Assembly: GCA_963806855.1 (NCBI GenBank)
Contig: CAWDYW010000001.1
Location: 544,001 to 608,000, forward strand
Length of the DNA stretch: 64,000 nucleotides
Source of the DNA: an uncultured Verrucomicrobiae bacterium
GTDB taxonomy: Bacteria; Chlamydiota; Chlamydiia; Chlamydiales; Rhabdochlamydiaceae
Direction of reading: 5' to 3'
In this document: positions 10,090 to 19,675 of the stretch, piece by piece
How positions within the stretch are numbered: the first letter of the stretch is position 1
How the letters are laid out: each line of letters starts with the position of its first letter
Notes under the pieces: model-generated
Database searches by the model: none
Seen by the model: only the letters and a program-made list of their open reading frames with translations
Told to the model about the DNA's origin: nothing
Made by a program: the position numbers and the translations under genes

Positions 10090-11205
10090 ATGTTCACAGC
10101 AATCTTAAAGCGCAATTCTTGGCTCATCTACAAATGCGGGATGCCGCTTGTCTATCTTTACCATTTATTGCTCGGCAATGTCTTCCTCAATACTGCCGCA
10201 GATGATGCTCAAGGAGTGGAGCGACTTGCCAATATCGCGCTCATGCCTGTCCAATATTTGCTTGAAGGCAAACGGGCCATCCCTGTGGTCGATGGGGAAG
10301 GGAATGTGGTCTATCAGATAGAGCGGCGCTTCGATTACGAGCACCATTTCTATTTAAAGACTGCCGTCGCGACAACTGCCCTGCCGGTGAGTGTGGTGGT
10401 GGGGAGCGCGTTGAAAACCCTCTCTTATGCCTTTCCAGAGACCCGCAGTCGTGCAAAAAATATCGGTTACGCTCTTCATGCCGGGGATGTCGGCTCCAGT
10501 TTCAACTATTATCAATCGATTGGGCTGCAGGTAAATGACTATCGCGTGGCCGAGCATATTGCCCCTCCGAAATGGCAGCGGAGGCCGAGGAGCGAAAATC
10601 CTCTGAAAGCCGACATTGAGGCGCTCAAAGAGGTCATCACTCTCTTAACTGAGAATCAGATTTCATTTTGGATCGATCGGGGCTCTTGTTTGGGGACTTA
10701 TCAATATGGGGGATCGATTCCAAGCGATTGGGATGTCGATATCGCTGTCCTGCAGCCAGATTTTCATGCTGTGAAGAATGCCCTCCATGCACTCGATCCA
10801 AAAAAATATGTTGTTCAAGATTGGTCTGGACGTGAGCGGCCCGAATCGTATCTGAAGGTATTTGTACGGGAGTCGGGCGGGCTGATCGATATTTTCCACT
10901 TTGCCATTGATGCGGAAAATGAGCAGCTTTATACCCTCTTTTCGAATCAGGCGAACATCTTCGCCCCAGAGTCGTGGATGACAAGGGAAAGAAGGTACAC
11001 GGCTCCAATGCCGTATGAATATGTTTTCCCTCTGAAAATGGGCTCCTATGAGGGGATTTCAGTTCCGGTCCCCGGGCAGATCGAGAAGTATCTCCAGGTC
11101 TTTTATGGGGAGAATCTCGCTCCTGCTTGGCTTTATAGTGAAGTGACTGGCAATTACGAAAAAGACCCCAATCACCCCTACTGGCAATTGCCAAGCGCGC
11201 ATTAG
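10090..11205 (+). CDS. LicD-family nucleotidyl/phosphocholine transferase
   Basis: FWIDRGSCLG...GGSIPSDWDVDI, IDIF, VFPLK...VPVP...YLQVFYG. Confidence 0.8.
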   Translation: MFTAILKRNSWLIYKCGMPLVYLYHLLLGNVFLNTAADDAQGVERLANIALMPVQYLLEGKRAIPVVDGEGNVVYQIERRFDYEHHFYLKTAVATTALPVSVVVGSALKTLSYAFPETRSRAKNIGYALHAGDVGSSFNYYQSIGLQVNDYRVAEHIAPPKWQRRPRSENPLKADIEALKEVITLLTENQISFWIDRGSCLGTYQYGGSIPSDWDVDIAVLQPDFHAVKNALHALDPKKYVVQDWSGRERPESYLKVFVRESGGLIDIFHFAIDAENEQLYTLFSNQANIFAPESWMTRERRYTAPMPYEYVFPLKMGSYEGISVPVPGQIEKYLQVFYGENLAPAWLYSEVTGNYEKDPNHPYWQLPSAH

Positions 11206-11287
11206 ACCTGTCTCAAAAGTGGAACATCGAGTAGGAAGCGACTTTTGATTTACTTAAATTTCATGAGGAATAAAATGGGATTGAAAT

Positions 11288-12220
11288 ATGCCAAAATTTT
11301 TTTATTTTCTTGCCCTCTGCTTCCCCATTCTCTCCTTTGCTGAGGAGTGCTGTGAATGCAACTTATCCCAAATCGATTTTGAATTCAGCATGGGTTATCG
11401 CGATGATACTTTGCGCTGGGGGGTGAGTTTTTCCGATGGGCTTGATCAGGTAATCTCGAAGGTGAAATGGACTGGCATGGGAATTTTTGAAGTGGCCGGT
11501 CTGATCAAGTATGAATCGGCTTGCCATTTCTATTGCCGAGGCTCTGCAGATTATGGGGCCATTTTTTCTGGAGATAATCGGAATACAGAACTGGTCCGCA
11601 TCGGGGATCAAACTTTTCCCATTGCCAGCTATAAGGCCTCTGGAAGAGGGGGATCGGTCTTCGATTTTTCAGGAGGGCTTGGCTACGCATTCAAATTGTG
11701 TTGTTGTGAAGATAGCCTCTCGATCATTCCTCTAGCGGGTTACAGCTACAATGTTCAGCTATTACATAGCAAGCACTGTAAACAGGAGCTGGAAAGTGAA
11801 GATTTTGACTGCTGCAAGGATGAAGAGACTTTGTCCGGCTTGAAAAGTCGTTACTCTGCCCGCTGGTTTGGACCTTGGATCGGACTCGATCTTTCCTATG
11901 AATTTTGCACCTGGATTCTGCTGGCAACCGCCGAGTATCATTGGGCCTGGTATCGGGGAAAAGCTCATTGGAATTTACGGACTGATTTTATCAAGGATTC
12001 TCGCCACCATTCTTTTGGTCATGGACAAGTTTATACTTTGGAAGGGAAGTATATCTATTCTTGCTGCTGGCAATTTGGCGTGGAATTGGGATACCAGAGG
12101 TTCAAAACTCATGGCGGCGATGCAAAACTCTATTTTGTCAACGAGACTGCAAAATTGCACTTAAAACCTGTTCTTTGGAAATCTTTCAATGTACTTGGCT
12201 GTGTGACTTATATTTATTAA
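11288..12220 (+). CDS. Cys-rich outer-membrane beta-barrel (omptin-like fold)
   Basis: Signal peptide, GYRDDTLRW, alternating beta strands, YSARWFGPWIG, C-terminal aromatic residue. Confidence 0.6.
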   Translation: MPKFFYFLALCFPILSFAEECCECNLSQIDFEFSMGYRDDTLRWGVSFSDGLDQVISKVKWTGMGIFEVAGLIKYESACHFYCRGSADYGAIFSGDNRNTELVRIGDQTFPIASYKASGRGGSVFDFSGGLGYAFKLCCCEDSLSIIPLAGYSYNVQLLHSKHCKQELESEDFDCCKDEETLSGLKSRYSARWFGPWIGLDLSYEFCTWILLATAEYHWAWYRGKAHWNLRTDFIKDSRHHSFGHGQVYTLEGKYIYSCCWQFGVELGYQRFKTHGGDAKLYFVNETAKLHLKPVLWKSFNVLGCVTYIY

Positions 12221-12230
12221 GAGGGATCTC

Positions 12231-14198
12231 ATGATCGGTTTTCGACAGATTTTTGTGTATTGTATCGTTCCAGTCCTAGCTTTTGGAGGCCGCGTTGATA
12301 AATACAGCATGAAATATTCTTTGACCCCAGTAAGCCCCAAACTGACCATTATTTTTGTCACCGATTCGGTCCCCAAAGGCTCGGTGGATGAAGTGCAAAA
12401 TTTTTTAAATGGCGGGATCAATTTTTTGCGCAACAATGGCCTGAATTACCTCAACGTATTCCACCCTTACGGAAACTGCTCCTCATCGCAAGGTTACGCC
12501 GGCATGACCACAGGCACTTTCCCCAGCTACACTGGAATTACCAATAATTCTTGGATCGATGTCGATGGAGTTTCATTCAAAGGTTCTGCTCAAGATAACA
12601 ACTTAAATGGGACGGCTGCCTATGATCCTACCAATGGCAAGCGCTACTGGCTGGATCCAGGAGAAACACCGGCAGATAATCCTGCAATTGGGACCTATTA
12701 TAGCGCTGGACCGATGGTGCCCCCCACTTTTATCCCTACGGGAACAGGGGTTTCTCCCAATAATTACATCGTCGACAATTTGTCAGATCAGCTGATGCTA
12801 TTTAGCAACAGTCAACTGAACACAACCGTCTATTCTATTTCAACCGATCCCACGACAGCCACCCTCTTGGCAGGAAGACTGGGCAAGGCTATCTGGAGAG
12901 ATGAAGTGAGCGGACTCTTCAGCACGAGCCAATATTATTTCCCAAGCGGCATTCCCGATTGGGTCAATCAATTTAATGCAGCAAATCCGGTTCCTCCAAC
13001 GATTGTCTGGAATCCTGTTTATCCCGAGGGCAGTGCCGCCTATAATTTCCCCGGCGCTCAAAATTATTCAGGAAGCGCCATCCCAGAACTATCTGCAATT
13101 GTTGGGGTGCCTCTTCCCTCCGGCACCTTCTTTAATCAAACTATCCCCTCGACCCTCCCCTCTTTCGGCGCGGGGATCTATATTTTTTCACCACCGGGGA
13201 TTGAGGTTTTTTTCAATTTTATGCAAACCGCAATCAACCAGCTCCTTAGCGATGATCCTAACTCCCGTCTGGTCTTATGGGTCAATATCGCTTCATTCGA
13301 TATTCTCGGATATTATATGGGGACCCAGGTGCAAGAATCGATCGATATTATTTATCAGCTCGATCAGGGGTTGGGAAAATTGATTAAGTTTGTCGAAAAG
13401 AAACTGCCCCTTTCCGAATGCCTATTTGTGCTGCTCAATGATGAAGGGAAATATCCCAGTGTTCCAGAAGTGCTGCAGAGCCAAGGTTATAATTTGCCGA
13501 TGAGAACGAAAGTCGGCTTTCCGATCACCTCGCCTCCTCCCTTTTCCCAACAGCCCACCGACCTCATCGCTCGCCTCAATCAGGACCTGATAACCAATTT
13601 GCCCCCTCCTCTTAATCTGCCATGGGTCTACGCCATCATTCCCCCCTTCATCTATATGAATGCTCCCAATCCAGCGCTCGGGCTTGCTTTGCCCAATTTC
13701 TATTCTCTAAGCGACGCCAATCGCACAACCGTCATCAATGAAGTGATCCGGTTTATGCTTTTGCAGCCAGGGATCAAAAATGCTTGGGCCTTTTCCACAT
13801 TGCAGAGCTTTCCTTTTGAGCGGGAAGACCAGGGCCGTTTTTTCAAACTCCATCTTTTTCAAGATATGCCTCCGATCAACATTGGACTTCCGACTCAAAA
13901 TACAATGAGAAGGAGCGGGGAAGTGATCTTCCAATCGACCGCCTTCAACTATGTGACCTCTGGCGATCCCGGCAGTCCATTCCCAAACAAAGGAGTCGAT
14001 CACACCTCCGCCTATGATTACGATTCCCATTCCAGCCTCTATCTATTTCAAGCAGGGCGGTTTCAAGGCAAAACGATTACAGATTCAGCATTGATCCAGC
14101 AGCTGCCGATCAGCCTATCTGAAATCCTACAGGTGCCTAGGCCCTCCGCTGCCTCGGCCGACATTAAGCCGCTCCCACATCTGAACCCATCCAAATAA
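12231..14198 (+). CDS. Alkaline phosphatase (PafA/NPP-like) family protein with altered metal ligands
   Basis: PKLTIIFVTD, TGTFPSYTGITNNSW, SPNNYIVDNLSDQL, HTSAYDYD motifs. Confidence 0.75.
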   Translation: MIGFRQIFVYCIVPVLAFGGRVDKYSMKYSLTPVSPKLTIIFVTDSVPKGSVDEVQNFLNGGINFLRNNGLNYLNVFHPYGNCSSSQGYAGMTTGTFPSYTGITNNSWIDVDGVSFKGSAQDNNLNGTAAYDPTNGKRYWLDPGETPADNPAIGTYYSAGPMVPPTFIPTGTGVSPNNYIVDNLSDQLMLFSNSQLNTTVYSISTDPTTATLLAGRLGKAIWRDEVSGLFSTSQYYFPSGIPDWVNQFNAANPVPPTIVWNPVYPEGSAAYNFPGAQNYSGSAIPELSAIVGVPLPSGTFFNQTIPSTLPSFGAGIYIFSPPGIEVFFNFMQTAINQLLSDDPNSRLVLWVNIASFDILGYYMGTQVQESIDIIYQLDQGLGKLIKFVEKKLPLSECLFVLLNDEGKYPSVPEVLQSQGYNLPMRTKVGFPITSPPPFSQQPTDLIARLNQDLITNLPPPLNLPWVYAIIPPFIYMNAPNPALGLALPNFYSLSDANRTTVINEVIRFMLLQPGIKNAWAFSTLQSFPFEREDQGRFFKLHLFQDMPPINIGLPTQNTMRRSGEVIFQSTAFNYVTSGDPGSPFPNKGVDHTSAYDYDSHSSLYLFQAGRFQGKTITDSALIQQLPISLSEILQVPRPSAASADIKPLPHLNPSK

Positions 14199-14248
14199 AA
14201 GCTTATCAGCCGATTATTGGACCTCTTGCATGGGCCTTTGGAAATTCG

Positions 14249-15013
14249 TTAAAACCCTATCCCAAGCTTCAGCTGGATCAGGTTAGAAAAATAGCCAGAG
14301 CCGGCCTCTCCGTCGTAACTGAGCATGGCAAAGGAGCCGCAGGGGTTTTCAAAGCGCAGAGAAATCCCCCAGGTGCCTAAGTTCTGGTTGTGAAAGGAGT
14401 CCAGATGAAAGGGGGCTTTGTTGATGTATCCGCCAACCCCACTTAATTTCAATGTGCCGCTGCAAATCTCCCAGCATTGGAAGGCGCGCAAGGCCAATTC
14501 GTTGCGGAGCATAGAGGAGGTGTGATGGGAGGGGGCCCAGTTGATGGCCCAATCGAAGGTGGCAAACGGCTCAAAATGGGCAAACTCCATCCCAAATTTT
14601 AAATGAGGCATCAGCAGATCAGTATGGAAGGTGGTCTCGTCGCTGCGGACCCGGGTGTAGGCGTAGAGGAGCTCGCCTTCTGCAAAAAAGGGGCAAGCAT
14701 CGACTCGGGCATAGGGGGTGAGCGCGATGGAGACGATCCGCCCGCGGCCCCTGTGATGAAAGTGGTCTCTAGAATAGAAAGCGGCAAGTCCTAAGGTCCA
14801 ATCTCCACAACACTCGGCAATCCCCATCGATAACCCCTGAGTGTGGAAGTCTAGCTCATCTTGGGAGGCGATATTGGCGAAGAGATCGAGATAGAGTCCC
14901 TCCTCGATTGAAATTTGACTAAACGTAAAGGCGTTTTGATCGATAATAAAAATCGAGGTGGATCCATAGAGGGGCAGAGAGCAAAGGGTTGCAAGCAATA
15001 GTCTGCTATTCAC
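14249..15013 (-). CDS. Stand-alone autotransporter-type beta-barrel protein
   Basis: Signal peptide, beta-strand pattern, SYDGEAGSGYFSNLIQLKLGIGF C-terminus; no passenger domain. Confidence 0.6.
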   Translation of the reverse strand: MNSRLLLATLCSLPLYGSTSIFIIDQNAFTFSQISIEEGLYLDLFANIASQDELDFHTQGLSMGIAECCGDWTLGLAAFYSRDHFHHRGRGRIVSIALTPYARVDACPFFAEGELLYAYTRVRSDETTFHTDLLMPHLKFGMEFAHFEPFATFDWAINWAPSHHTSSMLRNELALRAFQCWEICSGTLKLSGVGGYINKAPFHLDSFHNQNLGTWGISLRFENPCGSFAMLSYDGEAGSGYFSNLIQLKLGIGF

Positions 15014-16790
15014 TGAGCAATTTCTCGAGCACCTTGCTGCTTCTTTCGATAAACCCGGGGAGTTCTTTGGGCGGAAGCTCTTTTTGCGAAAGCTGTGCCA
15101 GTTGATACAGATGCATCAGAATCTCCTTGGCCACCTCTTTATTTTTGTGGTTTGTCACGGCGCTGATCAGCGGGCTATTGGTGTTGACGACGAAGGTTTT
15201 TTTGTTCAGCAGCCCGGGAGGCATGTCGCGGCTCGATAAGCTTAAGGTTTCGCGCAAGCGGCGGGTCTCTTCATCGACCATGATGAAGGCGGGCAAGCTA
15301 TTTGTGGCGAGGCTTTTGGCTTCCACATCGAGGTCCTCGATCGAGAGGGCCTCCTTGACAAATTCAGCAATGCGGGTCGATTCGGTTTTCCCTTCGGTGT
15401 CGAGGAGGGTTTTCTCTTTGGTTTTGTCGAGGATGCTTGAGTCGAGACCGCCGTCGATCCGCTGAAATTTCGCAGGGGCAAGCTTCATTTCGAGGAAATT
15501 CATCAGCGGGGTATCGATCGGCCCTTTGGCGATCAGCACTTCGATTTTTTTCTCTTTATAAAGATTGAGGAAGTGCGAATCAGAATCTTGCGTATAGAAG
15601 ATCTTCTCAGGATGCCTTTCTAAGTACTCGGGCAAGGTGGTCCACTCGCCATCGAGATTTTTCCAGATGAGGAACTCTTTGACCCGCTCGTAAAATTTCT
15701 CATCGTGCATGACGCCAAGTTTGATGATGATCTCGATGTTTTCCCACTGCTCGGTGAAGGCCTTTCGATCGTTTTTATAGATGGCGGCGAGCCGATCGGC
15801 CACTTTCTTGGAGATATGGGTCGAGAGGGAGCGGACCGTTTTGTCCATCTGGAGATAGCTTCGGGAGACGTTGAGAGGAATATCGGGGCTGTCGATAGCG
15901 CCGCGCAGGACGGTCAGATACTCGGGAATGAGGTCTTGGCAGTTGTCGGAGACAAAGACCCGATTGCAGAACAACTTGATGTGGTTCTTTTGGAAGTCGA
16001 AGCGCTGATCGATTTTGGGGAAGTAGAGGATCCCTTTGAGGTGGAAGGGGTAATCGACATTGAGGTGGACCCAAAAAATCGGATCGGGCTCAAAGGGGTG
16101 GAGCTGATGGTAGAATTCGATATACTCTTCGTCGGTGCAGTCAGCGGCCGGTTTTAGCCAGAGTGGCTCTTTGTGGTTGATGTGCTCTCCGTTGAGATAG
16201 ATGGGGAAGGGGAGGAAAGTGCAATACCGATTGAGGATCTCCAGAATGCGGCTCTTCTCTAGAAACTCCTCCTCTTCGATAAAGAGGATAATCTGCGTGC
16301 CCCGCTCTGCGCGCGACCCTTTCTCGATGGTGTAGTTGACCGATCCATCACAGGACCAAAAGGCTGGCTCATCGCTTGGACGGTAGGAGCGTGTTTGAAT
16401 CTCCACTTTCGAAGCAACCATGTAGGCCGAATAAAAGCCGAGACCGAAATGGCCGATTACCTGGTCGTTACCCTGATACTTACTCAAGAAATCTTCGGCC
16501 CCTGAAAAAGCGAGCTGCGCAATGTATTTCTCCACCTCTTCAGCGCTCATGCCGATCCCAGTATCTGTGATGGTGAGGGTCTTTTGCTCTTTGTCGAGTG
16601 TCAGGTCGATCCGGAGCTCCTCGTCTTTGAAGTCGGTCTCTTTTTGTTCCCGAAGGATCCTCAGCTTGGAGAGGGCGTCGCAAGAGTTTGAGACCAATTC
16701 TCTTAAAAAAATGTCCTTATCTGAATAGAGCCATTTTTTAATGATGGGCAGCAGCTTTTCTGTATTGATCGTTAAAGTTCCTTGAGCCAT
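15006..16790 (-). CDS. htpG: Molecular chaperone HtpG (Hsp90)
   Basis: LYSDKDIFLRELVSNSCDA, DTGIGM, IGHFGLGFYS, LNVSRSYLQ. Confidence 0.96.
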   Translation of the reverse strand: MAQGTLTINTEKLLPIIKKWLYSDKDIFLRELVSNSCDALSKLRILREQKETDFKDEELRIDLTLDKEQKTLTITDTGIGMSAEEVEKYIAQLAFSGAEDFLSKYQGNDQVIGHFGLGFYSAYMVASKVEIQTRSYRPSDEPAFWSCDGSVNYTIEKGSRAERGTQIILFIEEEEFLEKSRILEILNRYCTFLPFPIYLNGEHINHKEPLWLKPAADCTDEEYIEFYHQLHPFEPDPIFWVHLNVDYPFHLKGILYFPKIDQRFDFQKNHIKLFCNRVFVSDNCQDLIPEYLTVLRGAIDSPDIPLNVSRSYLQMDKTVRSLSTHISKKVADRLAAIYKNDRKAFTEQWENIEIIIKLGVMHDEKFYERVKEFLIWKNLDGEWTTLPEYLERHPEKIFYTQDSDSHFLNLYKEKKIEVLIAKGPIDTPLMNFLEMKLAPAKFQRIDGGLDSSILDKTKEKTLLDTEGKTESTRIAEFVKEALSIEDLDVEAKSLATNSLPAFIMVDEETRRLRETLSLSSRDMPPGLLNKKTFVVNTNSPLISAVTNHKNKEVAKEILMHLYQLAQLSQKELPPKELPGFIERSSKVLEKLLSE

Positions 16791-16806
16791 TAGAGTTCTC
16801 CTTGAT

Positions 16807-16848
16807 TAAAACTACTATAACAGAAAATTGGATAGTCGGCTAGGCTGC
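16807..16848 (+). repeat. 42 bp direct repeat, copy 1
   Basis: taaaactactataacagaaaattggatagtcggctaggctgc; 41/42 identical to 17998-18039. Confidence 0.95.
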
Positions 16849-16996
16849 CTTGGCTCACAATGCTAAACTAAACCCGACGGCCTTATTAAATTAACTCGTT
16901 AATATTAATTATGTTATAAATATGTAATTATTTCTATTTACTTACTAAGAAATAATTTGCATAATAAAAATAAGGGAGATTAGTTTAGGTAATATC

Positions 16997-17362
16997 ATGA
17001 TGATGGAAATAATTATCGGAGTAATTGCTTTAGCTTTCGTCGTCCTCGTCGTATTCCTAGTTCGAAGCTTAACTGGTCTTTCTAAAACTCTAAAAAAAGT
17101 CGATCGATTACTCGGAGATCTTCATAAAACTTTAGAAAGTGTCACTGAAGAAAGTACTCATTTATTGCACAATACCAATAAATTAGTTCTTGATGTGAAG
17201 AGAAAATCGGAAGGGTTGGATGTTCTCTTTCACCCACTCTATGAAATGAAAAAAGAGCCTGCGCCCGAAAAAAAAAACACTTATGAAAAAGCCTCCAGAA
17301 TCATTGATCATGTTGCAGATGGGCTTAGATTATTCAGTAAAATAAGGGAAGATTTTAAATAG
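16997..17362 (+). CDS. DUF948 (YtxG-like) protein
   Basis: IIIGVIALAFVVLVVFLV TM helix followed by a coiled coil. Confidence 0.75.
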   Translation: MMMEIIIGVIALAFVVLVVFLVRSLTGLSKTLKKVDRLLGDLHKTLESVTEESTHLLHNTNKLVLDVKRKSEGLDVLFHPLYEMKKEPAPEKKNTYEKASRIIDHVADGLRLFSKIREDFK

Positions 17363-17363
17363 T

Positions 17364-17660
17364 ATGACAGCTAAAAAAAATAGTTTTGATTCCAATATTG
17401 TTACCGGTGCAATTATCGGAGGTATAATTGGAGTAAGTGCACTAGCCATTTATATAGCAACGCGCAGTAACAGAACACCCTTGAATAGGCTTGGGGAAAC
17501 CATTTCTCGTGTAGGGGAAATGTTAGATGAACATGAGATTCGACAGCCAGCTGCTTTGAAAGTCGTCGATAAACAAATTCGTAAAAATGAAGATACAATT
17601 TCAGAGGTCTTAGACTGGGTAGCTATTGGAATAGACTTGTGGAAAAAATTTAAAAAATAA
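17364..17660 (+). CDS. Small membrane-anchored protein (YtxH-like N-terminus)
   Basis: GAIIGGIIG hydrophobic segment; operonic spacing. Confidence 0.6.
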   Translation: MTAKKNSFDSNIVTGAIIGGIIGVSALAIYIATRSNRTPLNRLGETISRVGEMLDEHEIRQPAALKVVDKQIRKNEDTISEVLDWVAIGIDLWKKFKK

Positions 17661-17677
17661 ACTCCAGAGGAGATAAT

Positions 17678-17983
17678 ATGTTTACAATTAAAAAACACAA
17701 CTATGCTGACATCATTGAAGGCATGATCATTGGTGGTTCGATTGCTGCAATGACCACTTATATGTTTGGGACAAAAAAAGGAAAAAAACTTCAAAAGGAT
17801 TTCATCGAAAAAGTCGAGCAATTACGTGCTAATGCAAAAAGAGAAGTCGGCAAAACTAAAGTTCGTAAAGCTAAACGTAAAATTAAAAAGGCAGCAGCAA
17901 GCAAAGTCAAAACTCTCCGAAGAAAAGCTACCAAAAAAATAGCCAGAAAAATTGGATCAACGCGACGTAAAGCTGCTCGTTAA
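17678..17983 (+). CDS. YtxH-domain protein with Lys/Arg/Ala-rich tail
   Basis: GMIIGGSIAA...FGTKKGKKLQKD then a very basic C-terminus; GAGGAG RBS. Confidence 0.7.
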   Translation: MFTIKKHNYADIIEGMIIGGSIAAMTTYMFGTKKGKKLQKDFIEKVEQLRANAKREVGKTKVRKAKRKIKKAAASKVKTLRRKATKKIARKIGSTRRKAAR

Positions 17984-17997
17984 GGTTCTTTGAGCTA

Positions 17998-18039
17998 TAA
18001 AACTACTATAACTGAAAATTGGATAGTCGGCTAGGCTGC
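17998..18039 (+). repeat. 42 bp direct repeat, copy 2
   Basis: Matches 16807-16848 with one mismatch; ends 4 bp before the nadE ATG. Confidence 0.95.
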
Positions 18040-18043
18040 AAAT

Positions 18044-19675
18044 ATGAAGATATGCATGGCGCAGCTCAATCCCACGATAGGGGATCTTGAGGGGAATTTA
18101 AAAAAAATTTTAAATGCGATTAAAAAGGCTAAGCGGCAAAAGGCCGATATTATCCTTTTTCCTGAGCTGACAATCTGCGGCTATTTGCCTGCCGATCTCC
18201 TCTTGCATGACGACTTTGTCAAGGCGACCCAGGAGTGTCTCAATCCGATCATCCAGGCCTCGGCGGGGATCTGCGTCGTGGTGGGGCTCATGCGGCGCAA
18301 TCCCGGCAAAGGGAAAGCCCTCTTCAACAGCGCGGCGATCATCTGCGATGGGCAAGTGCTCGGCTATCACAATAAATGTCTCCTCCCCACCTACAATGTC
18401 TTCGACGAGCGGCGCTATTTTGAGCCTGGTAAGCTGGTCAGCACCTTTGAAATCAAGGGGAAGAAAATCGCGGTGATCATCTGCGAAGATATTTGGCAAC
18501 ATTCTGGGTATGTTGAACATGACTACGGGTATGACCCTGTGATCGATTTAGTGAGCCATCAACCCGACATTCTTCTCAATCTCTCTGCCTCTCCCTATCA
18601 ATTCGATAAACCGGATGTCAGGATCGAGGTATGTGCGAATGCGGCCAGAACGCTTAACTGCCCTGTTCTATTGTGTTGTCAGGTCGGTGGCGACGATGAC
18701 CTGATTTTCGACGGATACAGCGTCTGTGTCGACCAGCATGGCCATCTGCGTCAGCTTGGAAAGGGATTTGCTGAAGATCATATGTTGGTCGATCTCAATG
18801 CGCCTCTGTGCAATGTGCCGTTTCACTACCATCCAACGGAAGATTTGTATAAGGCGCTGGTTTTGGGAGTGCACGACTATTTTGCCAAGCAGGGGTTTAA
18901 GAAAGCGCTCATCGGTCTCTCTGGAGGGATCGATTCGGCCTTAGTTGCCTGCATTGCCAAGGATGCCTTAGGAGCTGAAAATGTGCTCGGGATCACGATG
19001 CCCTCCCGTTACAGCTCTGAGAGCAGTGTCGAAGATGCGAGAAAACTGGCTGAGAATTTGGGGATTGGATTCAAGCAGATCTCTATCGAGGGCCCCTTTG
19101 AAGATTATCTGAAACTGCTTGAGCCTCTTTTTGAGGGCAAGGGGGCAGATGTCACCGAAGAAAACCTCCAATCCCGTATTCGGGGGATGATCTTGATGGC
19201 GATTTCGAATAAGCTCGGGTTTATTGTCCTCAATACGGGCAATAAGAGTGAGTTAGGGGTGGGGTATTGCACCCTTTATGGCGATATGTGCGGCGGACTT
19301 GGGGTGATCTCCGATCTGCTGAAATCCCAAGTCTATGAGATCTCCCGCTGGGTTAATCGGAAGAAGGAGATTATTCCCCAATCGACGATCGATAAGGACC
19401 CCTCAGCCGAGCTGCGCCCTAATCAAAAGGACACCGATTCTCTCCCTGAATACGACATCATCGACAAGGTGATGATCGGCTATGTTGAAGATCACCTCTC
19501 GGCCGCGGAAATTGCAAAGAAGTATCAGATTCCCAAAAAGGTAGTCGAGGATTTAGTGCGGCGGATTCATGGGGCAGAATATAAACGGCGTCAGGCGCCT
19601 CCTGGCATCCGGGTGAGCAAACGGGCCTTTAGCGTCGGGCGCCGCTTCCCAATTGTGCATTACTGGAAGTCATAA
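18044..19675 (+). CDS. nadE: Glutamine-dependent NAD+ synthetase
   Basis: Nitrilase domain (FPEL, LPTYNVFDERRYF, ICEDIW) plus GLSGGIDS, ENLQSRIRG, TGNKSE, PSAELRPNQKD. Confidence 0.96.
   Translation: MKICMAQLNPTIGDLEGNLKKILNAIKKAKRQKADIILFPELTICGYLPADLLLHDDFVKATQECLNPIIQASAGICVVVGLMRRNPGKGKALFNSAAIICDGQVLGYHNKCLLPTYNVFDERRYFEPGKLVSTFEIKGKKIAVIICEDIWQHSGYVEHDYGYDPVIDLVSHQPDILLNLSASPYQFDKPDVRIEVCANAARTLNCPVLLCCQVGGDDDLIFDGYSVCVDQHGHLRQLGKGFAEDHMLVDLNAPLCNVPFHYHPTEDLYKALVLGVHDYFAKQGFKKALIGLSGGIDSALVACIAKDALGAENVLGITMPSRYSSESSVEDARKLAENLGIGFKQISIEGPFEDYLKLLEPLFEGKGADVTEENLQSRIRGMILMAISNKLGFIVLNTGNKSELGVGYCTLYGDMCGGLGVISDLLKSQVYEISRWVNRKKEIIPQSTIDKDPSAELRPNQKDTDSLPEYDIIDKVMIGYVEDHLSAAEIAKKYQIPKKVVEDLVRRIHGAEYKRRQAPPGIRVSKRAFSVGRRFPIVHYWKS

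Noticed and set aside
11203..11255. Short inverted repeat (tcaaaagt/acttttga) after the licD-like gene as another palindromic remnant
   Set aside because: Only 8 bp arms; too weak to call
16841..16866. CIRCE-like site upstream of htpG (taggc-N15-tgctaa)
   Set aside because: Left arm matches poorly and the site straddles the islet junction
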